Assembly (NCBI GenBank): GCA_964304625.1
Contig: OZ199838.1
Coordinates: 16,847,469 to 16,911,468, forward strand
From: Kudoa neothunni
Taxonomy: Eukaryota > Animalia > Cnidaria
DNA: 64,000 nucleotides
Direction: 5' to 3'
Shown here: positions 51,701 to 64,000 of the stretch, in pieces
How positions within the stretch are numbered: position 1 is the stretch's first letter
Layout: each line of letters starts with the position of its first letter
Position numbers and translations under genes: made by a program
The notes under the pieces: model-generated
The model's input: only the letters and a program-made list of their open reading frames with translations
Databases searched by the model: none
Told to the model about the DNA's origin: nothing

Positions 51701-52639
51701 GGTAACTCATCCTTCGCCCTCAGCAGAGGAATACCGCTCTTATTGACAAATGATAAACTAACCAAGGAAACTTGCGCTCCTGTATCAATTACTGCTCTAA
51801 TATCTTTTCCATTAATATGGCAATGCAGAAATAAAAAATCCACATATTTAAAACCACTAGATTTATATAGTTTGCAATTGTTTTTTATGTGTCCTTTCTG
51901 GCCACATTTGAAGCATCTCAGCGTCTTCTTCTTTTTTACGAGTGTCTTTTCCAACTCATCCAGGCGGTCGATCAATCTTTGGATAATATTTTGCGAATCC
52001 ATAGCCAAAACTTCATTCCTTCCGTTTTCGGCGCGGGTGTTAAATTTGCTCGCAGCGAATTCTAAACGTTCCGCGAATTGGTATACCAAATCGAATGACT
52101 CAAAATCCTTCACAAGCAAAGTTCTTTTCGTTTCGCTGTTACTCAAACCATGTATGAACTGGTTTTTTGCGATCTCTTCCTTTGCATTCTCAGGGATATT
52201 GCTGTGAGCCAATCGGGTTTTCCTCCTGATTTCTTCCGCAAACTCAGTTATTGTTTGCCCTTCTCTCTGCACACAATCCACCAATTCTCTCTGTGCCACG
52301 TATCTATCTTTTTTCTCACCAAATCTTGCTGTTAAATAAGCCTTTATTTCGTGGTAGGATGAATTTATTGTGTATCCAGCCTCCTGAACAATTTGGAATA
52401 CGTCAGCCGATAATAATACAAGCAACTCTAACGTCCACCTCTCAGGTAGAATTCCGTCATGCAGCAATAGTATCTCCAGTTTTGCTATCCAAGCATCAAC
52501 ATTCCGTCCATTAAAAGGTTCCACTTTAGCCACTGCGCCAATGTTAGCTGCATGCATAGAGGCCATATTATTAAAAGCTACGATATATATCGAACTAGGA
52601 ATACTAAACGGTTGATTACTAATAATCACCTTGGTAACA
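48721..52639 (-). mobile_element. Ty3/gypsy LTR retrotransposon, 3919 bp, full length
   Basis: Identical 98-bp LTRs 48721-48818 and 52542-52639 (TGTTA..TAACA), 5-bp TSD ACTAT, PBS TGGCGCAGTGG (tRNA-Ser-like), purine-rich GAAGAGGATGCAA before the 3' LTR. Confidence 0.97.
49054..52629 (-). CDS. Gag-Pol polyprotein (CCHC knuckle, protease, RT, RNase H, integrase)
   Basis: CFKCGQKGHIKNNC, DTGA, LCVDYRRLN, YLDD, DTDAS, HHCC + DDE integrase in gypsy order. After one TAA at 49054-49056 the same frame continues through the GPY motif to TGA at 48805. Confidence 0.96.
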   Translation of the reverse strand: MIISNQPFSIPSSIYIVAFNNMASMHAANIGAVAKVEPFNGRNVDAWIAKLEILLLHDGILPERWTLELLVLLSADVFQIVQEAGYTINSSYHEIKAYLTARFGEKKDRYVAQRELVDCVQREGQTITEFAEEIRRKTRLAHSNIPENAKEEIAKNQFIHGLSNSETKRTLLVKDFESFDLVYQFAERLEFAASKFNTRAENGRNEVLAMDSQNIIQRLIDRLDELEKTLVKKKKTLRCFKCGQKGHIKNNCKLYKSSGFKYVDFLFLHCHINGKDIRAVIDTGAQVSLVSLSFVNKSGIPLLRAKDELPLVAATGNRLNIKGTIDVSLQYNGKECRKKLLVVENLIHDCIIGLNILKVWNFELIIDSELISNNVEKPIIAPVIGNCGIKSMTRKVAVVHKIDTNNTKPIKDFKRRIPYHKRKQMNEIISSMLERGIIEESNSDWAFNSVLVPKKNGKWRLCVDYRRLNAVTVKDSYPLPRIDDVMDTLGNANVFTVLDLKDGYHHIPIDIKDKQKTAFYGVDDLYQFVKMPFGLCNAPATFQRMINLILKECIGVCCLVYLDDIIIFSKDLETNKNDVRKIVTLLELYNLKINNEKSVYYKSEVTFLGHVINADGIKPDKNKVKAIKNWPTPTKIVELQCFLGLLNYYRRFIDKFSQISNPLCRLLRNDVPWNWSPECQKSFDMLKKKLMECVLLAHPNWNESFILDTDASNQSIGAVLSQVIDGEERVVAFASRSLLDRERNYSVTRKELLALVHFINHFKFYLHGKKFLARTDHHALKWLLSFKKPEGQVARWLEHLSQYEFDVVYREGKMHGNADALSRVPEITQALALSIQGLSNDVIINRQRNDAILNKIIGWIESNRMPKKVPKELDKRIQTLWLLRKCLRLDNSILCREFVDPKTKEVTLRVVIPESLKSMILELAHDNVTSGHLGHEKVAQNIRRNYYWPLQNVDIKNWCQSCEICARRNRPTRKFVSEMDTSVSSYPMERIAIDMVGPLPTTYKGNRFICVVQDYFTKWGEAIPMKDQEAHTVVRKLTGAVFLKFGLPSVIHTDQGTNFESKLFQNMCKMFGISKTRTCAFNPKSDGMVERLNRTLIDMVSKLVHKDNEWDTLLPTVMMAYRSSTHSSTGYSPNYLMLGREVRTPLETISQLNAHNYSHDDYVKCIGTDLRLAKQIALDNLKANLGRTKTA

Positions 52640-55442
52640 ACTATACATTGAAAGTGGTTCGGAGGACTTGGATGAAATAATTAATGAGCCAGTCAACAAT
52701 GTTGACGATCATGATGCTTACGATAGCGATACGAGCATTGAAGATATGACCCTTGTCCCTTTTGTTGTCTACAAAGATGGAGAAAAATGGTGTAAAACTC
52801 CAACTAGGGTTGAAAGAAGGCCTAAAATGAAAAATATTTATAATGTAAAAGCGGCATTTACAAATAAAGCTTTACGGAATGGCCAAACTCCCATGAGGGC
52901 TTTTAGTCATTTGTTGACCAATAAAATATTGAAAAAGATCCAATATTGTACCAAAAAATTTATTGAGCAAAAAAAAACAAATATCTAAAGGATAAATATG
53001 GCCGAGTTGAAAGTTTTTTTGGAAGCTATCTTATTAATTGGTTTAATGAAAGGCAAAAATGAAAACATCCAAAAATATTGGACTGAAAAATATGGCCTTC
53101 AATTACTAATTGCAAAAATTACAAGAAATCGCTTTGAAGACTTTGCAACTTGTCTCAGATTCGACAAGAGAAGAACCAGGGATAGAGAGGATAAACTTTC
53201 CCCCATCAGATGTATATTTGATGGGTTTATAAAGACGTGTAAAGAAAGTTACAACCCACCTTCCCAATTGATTGTGGATGAACAGCTTGTCACATTCAGA
53301 GGCCGTTGCCCCTTCAAAATGTTCATTCCTTCTAAGCCTGGAAAGTATGGGATAAAAATATGGGCGTTGTGTGATGCAACAAACGCGTATCTATGCAATG
53401 CAAAGATATATATTGGCAAAGAGAACGGTGTTGTTGAAACCAACCAAGATGAAAATGTGGTAAAGGATTTAGTTACACCTTATTTAAAAAAAGGTCGTAA
53501 TGTTACCACGGACAACTTTTTTACCTCATTGTCAGTTGTGAGATACTTAATGTCTCATCAAACAACAATTGTAGGGACTTTCCGTAAAAATAAAAACTTT
53601 CTCATCCCTGAATTTCAATCATCAAAGGGAGTACCAAACGATGTGAAATTTTTATTTCAGGATAAATTTAATTGGTAAAATACAATCCCAAGAAAAATAG
53701 ATGTGTGGTACTTATAAGCTCCACACATCGAGATTGTGATATTGATCCTGAATCGAAAAAACCAGAGATCATAAATTATTACAACCAAACCAAAGGAGGG
53801 GTTGATACGCTTGACCAAATTGTCCGCTACTATTCCACCAAAAGAGCCACTCGTCGTTGGCGCTTTTCTTTAACATCATCGATATATCCGCATATAATGC
53901 ATATCTCCTGTATGCTTATCGAAACCCGCAATTCAAAAATACTCATAAAAACAAATCCCGAAGAGAGTTTTTAAAAATGTTAGCTGAAGAATTGCTAGGA
54001 AACGATGATATCAATTTTGAAACCATCCTAATAAAAGGGAAGGAACCTCCTTCTGGAAGAGGCACATACCATATTTGCTCAATAAACAAGAAAAGCGGGA
54101 GAATTTGCTCAAATTGCGACAAATTTGTCTGCGAAAATCACCGAATTGAAAATATAGAATGCGATTTGTGTAACAAAAAATAAAATATATTGTATTATTT
54201 ATCTATTTTATTTCGCCATATTTTTATACGAATTTATATTTTTTATTAAATTTGATTATATCTACAAAATATATCATATTTGTGTAATTTACCTATTTAG
54301 ATTTTAGACAAAACGATTAGAATTAATGTCATTATAATAAGATGGTATAGATAGATTGGACATGTAATTCAGTTCAATGGTGGAAAATATTAAATTATCG
54401 TTTTTAGTTATAAACAAAATAATTTATTGATTATATCTTTATTATAATAGTTTCTTGCCAATTAATCAAAACACCATCTAAATTAAACCGCTAATTACAA
54501 TCATAAAATAACAATTTTGAAAGTTATAAATTTATTTTAAATACAAAAATTATATGATCTAATGTCATTTTGTTTCTTTTATACGATATCGCTTTTATGT
54601 AAGTTTATATTTGCAAATTATTTATTTTTTTAATGCGCGCGCCTAAAAAAGTTGATTTTAATGTTTTAAATTAAATTTTTTTTCTCTTTTTTTAACTTAA
54701 AACTAAGCTGTTCTATTGTTTTATTTACCTTTATTGTCATATAGTTTCAAATATAATTATGCTACGATTAAATTGCATAGGACCACAGCGGTCCTCTTCA
54801 GGTATTCGTAGGGGTATTATGTTATACACACGTGGTATTTTAAATTTTAAAAAATTATTATTATTATCCGTAAATAAAATTAACAAAAATTGTTTTATAT
54901 GAAAAATTTATCGCCGATTCATGCGCACACAATCAAATATTAAAACTTCTCACGTAAATCCATTTTATGAATGCAAAGTGCAAAGTACGTGAAGAGTTTA
55001 TAGTAATAATTTTAAAGTTAAAATGGCTAAGTATATATGATTATTAATAAAGATGATATAGTTAATTGTGTTAAATTTTACAACAAATCCTATTTTTAGA
55101 AAAATTAATCATCACGATGTTTAGATGTACCGCTAGTTATCTGCAGTAAGTACCTGTGGATAATAGTAAAAACATGTTATTACAAGGAAAAATATTATAT
55201 TAATTTTTTAGCATCGTAAATAAAGAAAATAAACTAGGCAATCATCGATATGGTGAAGTCCCATCCTTGATAGGCGTTGTAAAATAGAGCTCTAACTTAT
55301 CAATAACTATGTTATACTTACTAATCTTATGTTTGTTATTTATAAATTGTTAATAATGTTCATACTATTAACCAAACTCAATCAGATTGAAGTATTTACA
55401 AAATATGCCGAATGTTTTCGCCTATACACTATAAAAAATATA

Positions 55443-58341
55443 ATGAGGAGTTCACTTTACCAATTTAGTGTATTTTTGATTGTTTTATGTAACTAGGAAT
55501 ATTTATTTGCGATCAAACTAAATAAAATATAGTCAAATGCACTTTTCAGAATGTATCCAGCGAAGGAGGTCAAGTTGAAGATCAAACTCCTACGAATGAA
55601 CTCAGATATAAAATCGTAGAGGATAATAAAGAAAAGAAAGTTCAACTTATATTGAGCGGAGGCGCCTACGGAGCTAGTGATTATTGCCAGATTAAAAAAG
55701 CGAATGATGGAGCAACAGAATATCAAGTTATAGATACATGCCCTGGGACAGAGAGCCCAAGCGGCAATAACAAATGCGTTAGAAAATGCGAGGGAAATAA
55801 CAACATTTTGGAATTTGACAAATTTTCTCCAAGAACGAAATATATTGTTGTTTTTAAAGGTAATGATGCTGCAAACGCCGCAGGGAAAAGCAATGGAGGA
55901 ACTGTATTTGGACTCGAATTACGTAATAAATGATTAATAAAAATTCTTCAAACTGAAATGTTTTTAGGATTACTTGCCAATCCAAAGGTCGCTGTGACCA
56001 CTACAGCAGATAGTAAATTAAAGTTGAGCACAAAAACTTGCCCACCAGTCAAATGTCCTATATACTACAAAGGGGTCGAATATGTAACTACCACGCAAGG
56101 AGGTGATTGCAATGCCGCCAATAATTTAAACGAAGTTGAATTTGATTTAATGTTGCCTCATTACGAAATGAAATGTGATAATTATCCAAGCTTCTTTTAT
56201 AAGCTTCAAAATAAATATACTTTATCGAAAATTGATGTTTATAAACCACAATATTATGTAGCTTACACTTCGGCTCAGAAAAATAAATATTCACTTAAGT
56301 TTACGAATAAATTTCCTTTCGAAATCTGTCGATTTAGTATTAGGGATGGGTCATCCCAAGCTAATGCTGAAGGAACTACAAACGAATATATATCAAATTG
56401 TGGTGGGCAAGATAAACCTTGCTATGCTCCTTGCAACAATGTAGAGCTTACTTTCACTGAATCGAAGACAATATTAGAAGTGTTGATACAAACAAGACAC
56501 TTTCCACTAGAAAAAGTCGACAATGCATATGAAGGTTATACACAAACGAAATTCGGTAACAATTTAATATTTATATATTTAATTATGCTCGGATAGTTGT
56601 TAATTTATCTACTTCGGCCAATGATGAATTAATATCTGCCATAACTCATGAAAATCTGTCTTTAAATGTGCGCCTCTTTAAACCTGATTCAAATCCTAAA
56701 TTTACAAGTTGCACTGTCACCCATTTCGTTGCTGACAAACCACCACCTACTAATACCGGGGAAACAAAATGTGGAGATAACGATAATTGTTCTAATGACT
56801 GTACTTCAGCCTTAGTAATAAAAGAACTTTCAAATGGGAAGCCATACATTATTGTAATAACACCTGGAGCAGATGGTACGAGTGGCGTACCAACGAATTT
56901 CAAAGAACATATATTCATTAGAACTGGTATATTAATTGATAAATAAAGTTTGCATAATAAATACTTAGATAAAGCAACAAGCCCAACATTCCCTGCCATA
57001 ACACCAATAATAGATGAGACAACAGCGACGATTGCAGCCCTTACAGGAGATGGAACTATTACAACAGAAGATATAACATGTGCATATTATATCAGCCCTC
57101 GCGGAAAGGATATATACGTATGTGCAATGTGTATTGATAGTTATCCTTGCCGAGGTTTTTGCAAAGAAACTAAACAAATTGTTGGATTAACGCCAGGCAC
57201 TGAATATGATCTTAAGGTAGTTGCCCACAAAGGTTATGGATTCAAAGAGCATCAAATAAAAACACGTACGAAACAATTGAATGATAAAAAATGATTAAAT
57301 TTATAGTAATGTCAAAACTGACACTTGAAAAACAATTTACGGACAAAGGTTTCAAAGTGATGGGTTCGTTGTCGACACCAGATCCCTTCGCTCTATGCAG
57401 CTACAAAGTTAAAGTTAAAAAGGGGAAAAATTTTGAGTTGATCCACGAATGTCCAGCTACTCCACCCCAAACAGTAGCAACTCCAAGCAAGCCTAAAAAC
57501 ATACCAAAGGTTTCTAAAATTGAGGTTGCTAGATCAGCTGCTGATCGAAAACCTACATCCAACCCTGAAAATAACACTGTCACGACAACATCATGCACTG
57601 AATTACCTACATGTTCCGAAATAATATATACTAATCTTTACGATCGTTCCAAAAAATACCAGATGTTGGTAACTGCCGTTGGTGGTCGTTCAGAGGAAAT
57701 CACTATTGATATCCCTGAAAGTAATTCGATTTTAATAATACTTCTAACGAAATTATTTTCATTAATTTTTAATATATTAGATAATTTTTCAATAAGTGAA
57801 CATGTCAACAAAAAAGTAATCATTGGCATAGAACGCGAAGGGAACAAGCTTAAAGTTACAGCTCTACTTCGGAGCGATGCCCCGGAAAGCACATGTGGTT
57901 GGGAGTTACGTAACTCTTCAGAAGATGGAAAGAGTTTGGTAAAATCGTGTAACGGTGCCAATGACAGTGGTTGTGAAACCCTTCCATTATGTAAGGGTTT
58001 TGAAATTCTTAACATAGAAGATACTAGTGATTATCATCTCACTGTATATGTGAGCAGTGATCCAACAATAATCGGGCATGCGATAATCAAGCAAGGTAAA
58101 CAAAATAGTTACTCAATTTGATAAAATATTTTTAGGTGAATCTCACGATACAATGAAATCAACGTAAGTTGTGTAAGTTTTTTCATTTTTAATATTAATT
58201 TAGATCAAAAAATACCATGTATTTTTAATTACGTTTAATTATGTTTGATTATTATTCCTTAGAATTATAGCTTCGGCAGTAGCGGGAGTCGTAGTCGTTG
58301 CTATTGGAATCGGAGTGATTATTATGAAAAGAAAGAATTGA
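55443..58341 (+). CDS. Surface-protein family copy B3
   Basis: ATG 55443 MRSSLYQFSVFLIVL|FKCTFQN; same 10-exon structure; exons 6-10 almost identical to B1 (offset +42849); ends MKRKN*. Confidence 0.9.
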
Positions 58342-60304
58342 AGACCACTCATTACATTATTATGAATTTTTTTTAAATTTTATATCTTATTTTTATAACA
58401 TTAACAGACACTGCCCATTCGTTCGTGTTCGTGTCCGCTTTTATTTACATTATGTCAAACTTGAATGTGGAAACTGTTGAAGAGGCTTTGAAAACTCGTA
58501 GACTTTGCTCTTAGCAATAATCTACATCGCATTCTAAAGAATGGGACAATTTTTTTACCATCTTTACTAAAGACGGAGTTGAAACACCCTAAATTTATTT
58601 TATTGTTTGCACAAGGTGCAACAAAACATTTCCGCATAAGTCTTCTTACGGGAATAGGAAACTTATTAGTCATAATAAATTACATACCCAAACAAATAAA
58701 GATATAAAATGAGTGAATTATTTGTCTCACCTCTCTCATTTGTTGATTTAAGCGTATCAAATCAAGTAATGTTTGACTCTAAAATTGCTAATTGTGTAGT
58801 TGAAACAATCTCTTCTTTGTCAATAATGGAAAGTGCATCATTTACTGAGATGATGAACTTCGCCTTTTACTTGGGCAGAAAGTTCGATGAATCTAGTGCT
58901 AGAGTTAAGATTTTATAAAAAAAATGCGTTAAAAATTAATTATGAATAAGTACGAGCCTAAACGTTGATATTTGAACTGATAATCCCAAAATCAATTCAT
59001 ACATTGATATACCAGTGTTATTTGTTAAAAATTTCACCCTTCAACAATTCCAAAATGACATGATCTATTATCCTGTAAAACATATTGCAAAAAATATAAA
59101 TAAAATCTGCACGGAATTTTGTAGTAAATTTTCACTTAACAAATCTGATCTAAGAATTGTTTGTGACTCTGCAGAAAACGATCTACAGGGTCTAAGAGAG
59201 TTCAACACAACCAGATGTGCTGCTCACCACCTTAACACTATTATATCTCAAGGTATTTTATGTATTAAATTGATGTAAAAGTGATATACTTAACGATATG
59301 CTATCTTAATCTCTCATACTTATTTTTGGTAAATCAAGATAAAACTGTTATAATCTAAATTTAAATAATTTATTTTTATCTATTTTAATATATTGATTAT
59401 ATGTTTTTATCACTAATAAGTTTATCAATAAATTTTGCTTTTGCTATAATATCTAATTTCGGCTTGTTTATTGTGTAGCTTAGGATCTCAGCACAAGCGG
59501 CACATCCGGTTTATCCGTACTAAGGATGAATGTTGACAAACTGTGCGGATCTGTTCATAAAACAGCTAATTTACAGTCCATTATATTTTCATTGAAAATA
59601 CAATGGGGCTCAGCTACGCGACCATGGAGAGGTCTCTGCGATCGATATAGAACGTTAGTGGCGTGTTTCGATAATTCGAAGGGTGTGATAGAGAATCATC
59701 CAGCTAAAAAGTACTTTGATGGATTGGACAAGAACGAATGTGTTGTTGTAGTTGAATTATTCAAAATATATTCCGATTTCTTTGATCAGGTGGAGCAGGT
59801 GAAGTGACCATCGTTACATTATGAAATTCGTTTAAGTTCCGTTTTTTATATTATCGTTAGGTGTTTATTGTATGTCTTTGGAAAGTTTATTGGACGAAGT
59901 ATTGATATCAACCATAAAATCGCGGCTTTTCTCCACCAAAATTTTAATAAATTCAAATTTATTTTGTAGATCTGCGAAATAAAGAATTAAATTTCGTGAT
60001 AAACCACGTTGAGTCGTTTTTTTTTTGGCATAGCTGAACCAAATTATCTACTTAAAAAAAGAATTTGATGGTAAATCTTTGCTTGTAACAAATATTAAAA
60101 AAATTTAGAATTAATTTCAAAGAGCCCAGAACCTTTGAAAAAACACTCAATATGTTATGAACTGGATAGTGACTCAGAGGATAAGCAATCAGAAATTCAA
60201 CTGTATATCCGAGAAAGAGTCAACAAAGTTTACGAAAATCCGCTCGTTTATTGGGAAAACTCAAAGAAAGAAAATCTTAAAAAAATTGCAACTAACGTGT
60301 ACAG

Positions 60305-62567
60305 TAAAGGTTTAAGATCGGTTCGGTTTTTACAAAAACCGAAATTTGGAATTTTTGTTAAGTATTTATCATATTCTAAACAAAGAAAACTTTTTAATGT
60401 ATTAAATGAGCATAAGATTTTTGTGGAATTGCGCGTGTTTTAACGGTGATAAAATTGATCAAAAATGGTGAGCGCTATTTGGAATTTTTTGTTAAATTAG
60501 CCGATGAGAAGGCAAAATGTAAAAAATGCAATGCTGTACTTGTTTGCAAAAAAGACTTAACGAGCACACTTCATTCACATGCCAAGACGCATGGGATTGA
60601 TTCAAAATTAAAGTTGTTCAACATCATTAATATTTTTAAATAAAAATTAGAATCGTTCAAACGCAACCCATAATTAACACTTTTGTCAACAAAGGTCTCG
60701 GGGAGTCAAATCTTGACTCAGATATCGCGAGACTGATCGCTGTCGACAATATTCCAATTTAGAAAATTGTCAGCAGTATAACTTTAAGAAAATTGCTCAA
60801 AAAGGCACATGAAAAAGAAGTTCCAGTGTCCTATGACGCAATTTTTAATTCATTAATCATTGTGGAAAGCTCAATGACAATGAAAATTAAAAAAATCTTT
60901 GCTGGGTCAAACGCAAGACCTGCACTCCGTGATGACGAGTGGACATCAAGGTTAAATAAACTTTTCCTTAATATCCAAGCGTATTTCGAGGGGAAAAGAT
61001 CTCTACTGGTGTAACAAGAGTGACAGAAAGATGCACAGGTGTAGAATTGGCTTAATTAATAAATTAACAACTCTTCAAATTTGGAGTCAATTCATTATTT
61101 ATGTGCACTGATGGAGCTTTGAACATGACAAAATGTACGTATGAGTTGGAGTTTCAGCAGATAAAGTGCATGCTTCACGGCCTAAATTTGGGTAATCATG
61201 TTGTCAAGTGACAATCCTGGAATAACTTAACTTATAGTTGTTAAAAACACAATGTACAAAGAAACCTATAGTTTTCAGATAGAAAATACAGGAATGATAA
61301 CGAAAGAGCTGGAATCTGATGAATTAGAATTTGATGAGCAGGAGTTTGTTCTTATGTCCAACTTTTTTGATGTTGTTTCTCGGGTCAGGTCAATTATCAA
61401 TTTTTTCAAGATCTGGATTGGCTACCGACACATTAAGGAAGTCGTGTGAGGAAAAAGGAGTACAACATTTATCTCTAAACATGATTGTTTCAGACGTTGG
61501 TCCAGCTTATATCAAATGTTGATAAAGTTTGTTCAAATGTACCAGGCAATAGATCATACTTATTTTATTCTGGAAAAAGAATTATCAGTAGATAAGGACG
61601 AAATAATTTTCATTAATGTAATTACTTACATAATATTTTTATTAATGATTTACAATAAAGGAACTAACATCATCCCTTGCAATTGTACATCGAGCTATTC
61701 TTAAATTGTCTGAGTCGATTAATAATTTGGCGCAATGTGATTTTATATTGACAGGCGCAATAAATTAACTCACACGTTTTGAGGGATCAATTGCATCGAA
61801 ATTAAAAGAAAACTTCATCAAGCGCTGCAAAGAAAGACGGACAATTTGGTCGGAGATTTTTTTGAATCTAAGTTTTGATTCGAAAATCTGTGACAAAAGC
61901 TTTTTCTACAAAAGACCGTCGCGTTTTGAGCTAGAGGAAGCGATAAACTTTGTTGAGCCAGTTGATCAAATTGAAAGTGAAGTCCCTGAGTCTAATTTGG
62001 ACTTAGAAGATTTGATAAATTACGTTTCTGAGCCCAAGCGTTTAAAACTTACCGACTCAGATGAAATCCTCAATTTTACATGTCATGACTTGATGACGGA
62101 TCGCTTAGAAAGAGTTCGAAAAGCCCTTTCTAACATAAGACCCACGAGCATTAATTCCGAAAGATGTTTTTCCTTGTGTAATCACATCATAACCCCACTC
62201 AGAACAAGATTGAGCGATCCAAAACTCGACACTATCGTGTTTATTTATGAAAACCGGAATAGTTAATTTTCGTTTAATTCTAATGATATTTGTTATGATG
62301 GATTATGTAGAATTCTAACATAAATAGACTATAACCATTTATAAAAGGAAGGATCTATCATATTTTGAGAATTAAATTTTTTAATAAGAGAATACAAAAT
62401 TAATTAAACTGTAAGATAATTTTAAACCTTTTTTTAAAAAGTATGTTTAAAAATGAATAGTTTATATTTATATTTTTTTTATAAATCATTAAATATTTCT
62501 TCTAAATAATTTAAAAAAAAACCGAAAACAGAAATACGGAACCGAAACCGAACCGAATTAAACCTTA
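60305..62567 (+). mobile_element. hAT transposon with BED finger, inserted in the B3 copy of the older hAT relic
   Basis: 8-bp TSD GTGTACAG (60297-60304, 62568-62575); empty site at 17518-17525; TIR TA(A)AGGTTTAA..TCGGTTCGGTTT; AKCKKC..TSTLHSHAKTH (BED), DEWTS, PTSINSERCFS..RTRLS; many stops. Confidence 0.92.
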
Positions 62568-64000
62568 GTGTACAGCCGACCAGCGTCCATTTCAATGCCA
62601 GAGCAGGCGTTTTCGTACGCTGGGAAAATCTTGTCGGTTAAAATGTAGAATAGTGGTCGTAATCCAAATCAGCGATACCGGACAAAAACGCACCTATTGA
62701 ATATTTTATTATTGAACATTTATAAATGTGGCATCTCCAGTAGGGTAACTTTAGCAACAGCTATTTGTCATCATAATAATAGTTGATGTAATCTATTATA
62801 TGTTGTATTCCTAGCCCCTCGCGATTATATCAACAGGCTGTACCGCAAATTAAGCCGTTTCGAGTAAAGCTCGCTTTATTTATTTTAAAATTTGATTGTG
62901 ACAACCATGATTCTTTATCGTTTGTTATATTTCATCCTTAGCAATTGCCTGGTATTAATTATATGTCTATAAGAAAAAAAATCTGTATTTTATGCAAGCA
63001 TTAGCTAATTAATTGTAGTAAATGCATAAAGTTAATATCAACAACAATTTATTATAATTAATTCAGTCATTCCCATCATTAAATGCTAAAAAAATATCAT
63101 ATTAATTTATTTTAAAATACGTAGGATAAGTGTACGAACTAATTATAATCTTTAATCGGTACATGCGGCCACTATTCTACATTTTAACCGTGTGCTGAAA
63201 TGGAGCGATATGTCTTTCTATAAAGAATGAAAAATGCGTACACACCGACACACACACTGATTACCGGTTTGCTTTATATAGTAGATGGGGAAGATATCTT
63301 TCGATTATGCATGACGTTTTTTAACTCATGAAAATTTTATTCAACTTCAATTTTTGAATATAAAAGCTACAGTGATGAAAAATTAACAAAATTCCGCCAG
63401 ATATCCCTGATATATTAGGAATCCTATTTAGAAATAATGACGAGGAAGAATCTAATCCACAAAAAAAATTAAGTTCTTTGAATATATTAAAGACTTTTTA
63501 ACAAACAATGACTCGATTACTTAGGAGCACATGTAAACATCAAGAGAGCGTAAGAACAGGGAAAAGTAACCGACTTTTTTTAAAATGGAATATTACGATA
63601 GAAATCGAATTTTAAATATACACATGTGGTCATAAAAGTGCGTATTATCTATTATTTTTGGCGAATTCGCACTTTTCCCCCAATGCCAAAGAGATTCCGT
63701 ATTTTCCGTCACCCCTTATATAGTAAAAATTAATGCGATTGGCAGATAAATTATATTGGTTATCATTATGAGGAGTTGGGTTTATGTTGATTCGTTCCAC
63801 CATTACAATGAGTCTTTATTTCATATTGATCTTTTTAATGAAAATAAAATCTAACCTCAATAATTGGCACAAATATTAAAAGATTGCTATATGACATGCA
63901 TTTTGAGAAAAAGAATATTACTGAGGAATGTTATAGTGGTTACTTCAAACTACATTGAGACTGACACATTCGCTTGATTATAATATAGGGGTTTACATTT

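Larger units (their letters stand above)
48263..54814 (+). mobile_element. piggyBac transposon (transposase pseudogene) interrupted by the gypsy element
   Basis: TTAA|CCCTCGAATACCTG left TIR, degenerate right TIR CAGGTATTCGTAGGGG. The ORF starts at 48657 (MDSDGEHIF..) and resumes in frame at 52645. Motifs VDEQLVTFRGR, KPGKYGIK, TDNFFTS, YNQTKGGVDTLDQ and a C-terminal Cys-rich domain. In-frame stop at 52986 plus two frameshifts. Confidence 0.92.

Noticed and set aside
49054-52629. RT as part of a diversity-generating retroelement acting on the surface genes
   Set aside because: It is an ordinary gypsy pol with LTRs and a TSD; no template/variable repeat pair, and paralog differences are not adenine-specific.
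52988-54183. Alternative genetic code (TAA read-through) to explain in-frame stops
   Set aside because: The same elements also contain frameshifts, and host genes use TAA and TGA as normal stops.
1-64000. tRNA, rRNA or CRISPR arrays
   Set aside because: No cloverleaf, rRNA-like or regularly spaced repeat-spacer pattern seen by eye; a covariance-model search was not possible.

Overview
AT-rich eukaryotic DNA with very short (mostly ~40-45 nt) GT-AG spliceosomal introns and no housekeeping genes. This compact-genome style is seen in some reduced or parasitic animals; that is inference, and no taxon can be assigned from the window. The ORF track is fragmentary because the real genes are spliced. 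Splicing by hand gives six copies of one unrecognised 10-exon gene family encoding ~800-850 aa type-I membrane proteins: signal peptide, about seven Cys-bridged FN3-like modules on phase-1 exons, two micro-exons, a TM helix and a 4-6 residue basic tail. Copies: A (1337-4212,+), B1 (12594-15492,+), C (22779-25808,+), B2 (33368-36266,-), A' (42504-45377,-), B3 (55443-58341,+). A+B1 and B2+A' form the arms of a ~47 kb imperfect palindrome around C. The copies are patchworks: membrane-distal inter-cysteine loops are hypervariable with mostly amino-acid-changing differences, membrane-proximal parts and flanks are near-identical, and B2 switches between B1-like and B3-like sequence. This looks like a surface-antigen or recognition-protein repertoire diversified by segmental gene conversion. 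The rest is transposons: Merlin/ISXO2, several hAT, Tc1, Tigger/pogo, piggyBac, a Helitron-like element, a solo LTR, and a very compact young Ty3/gypsy element (98-bp identical LTRs) nested in a piggyBac.
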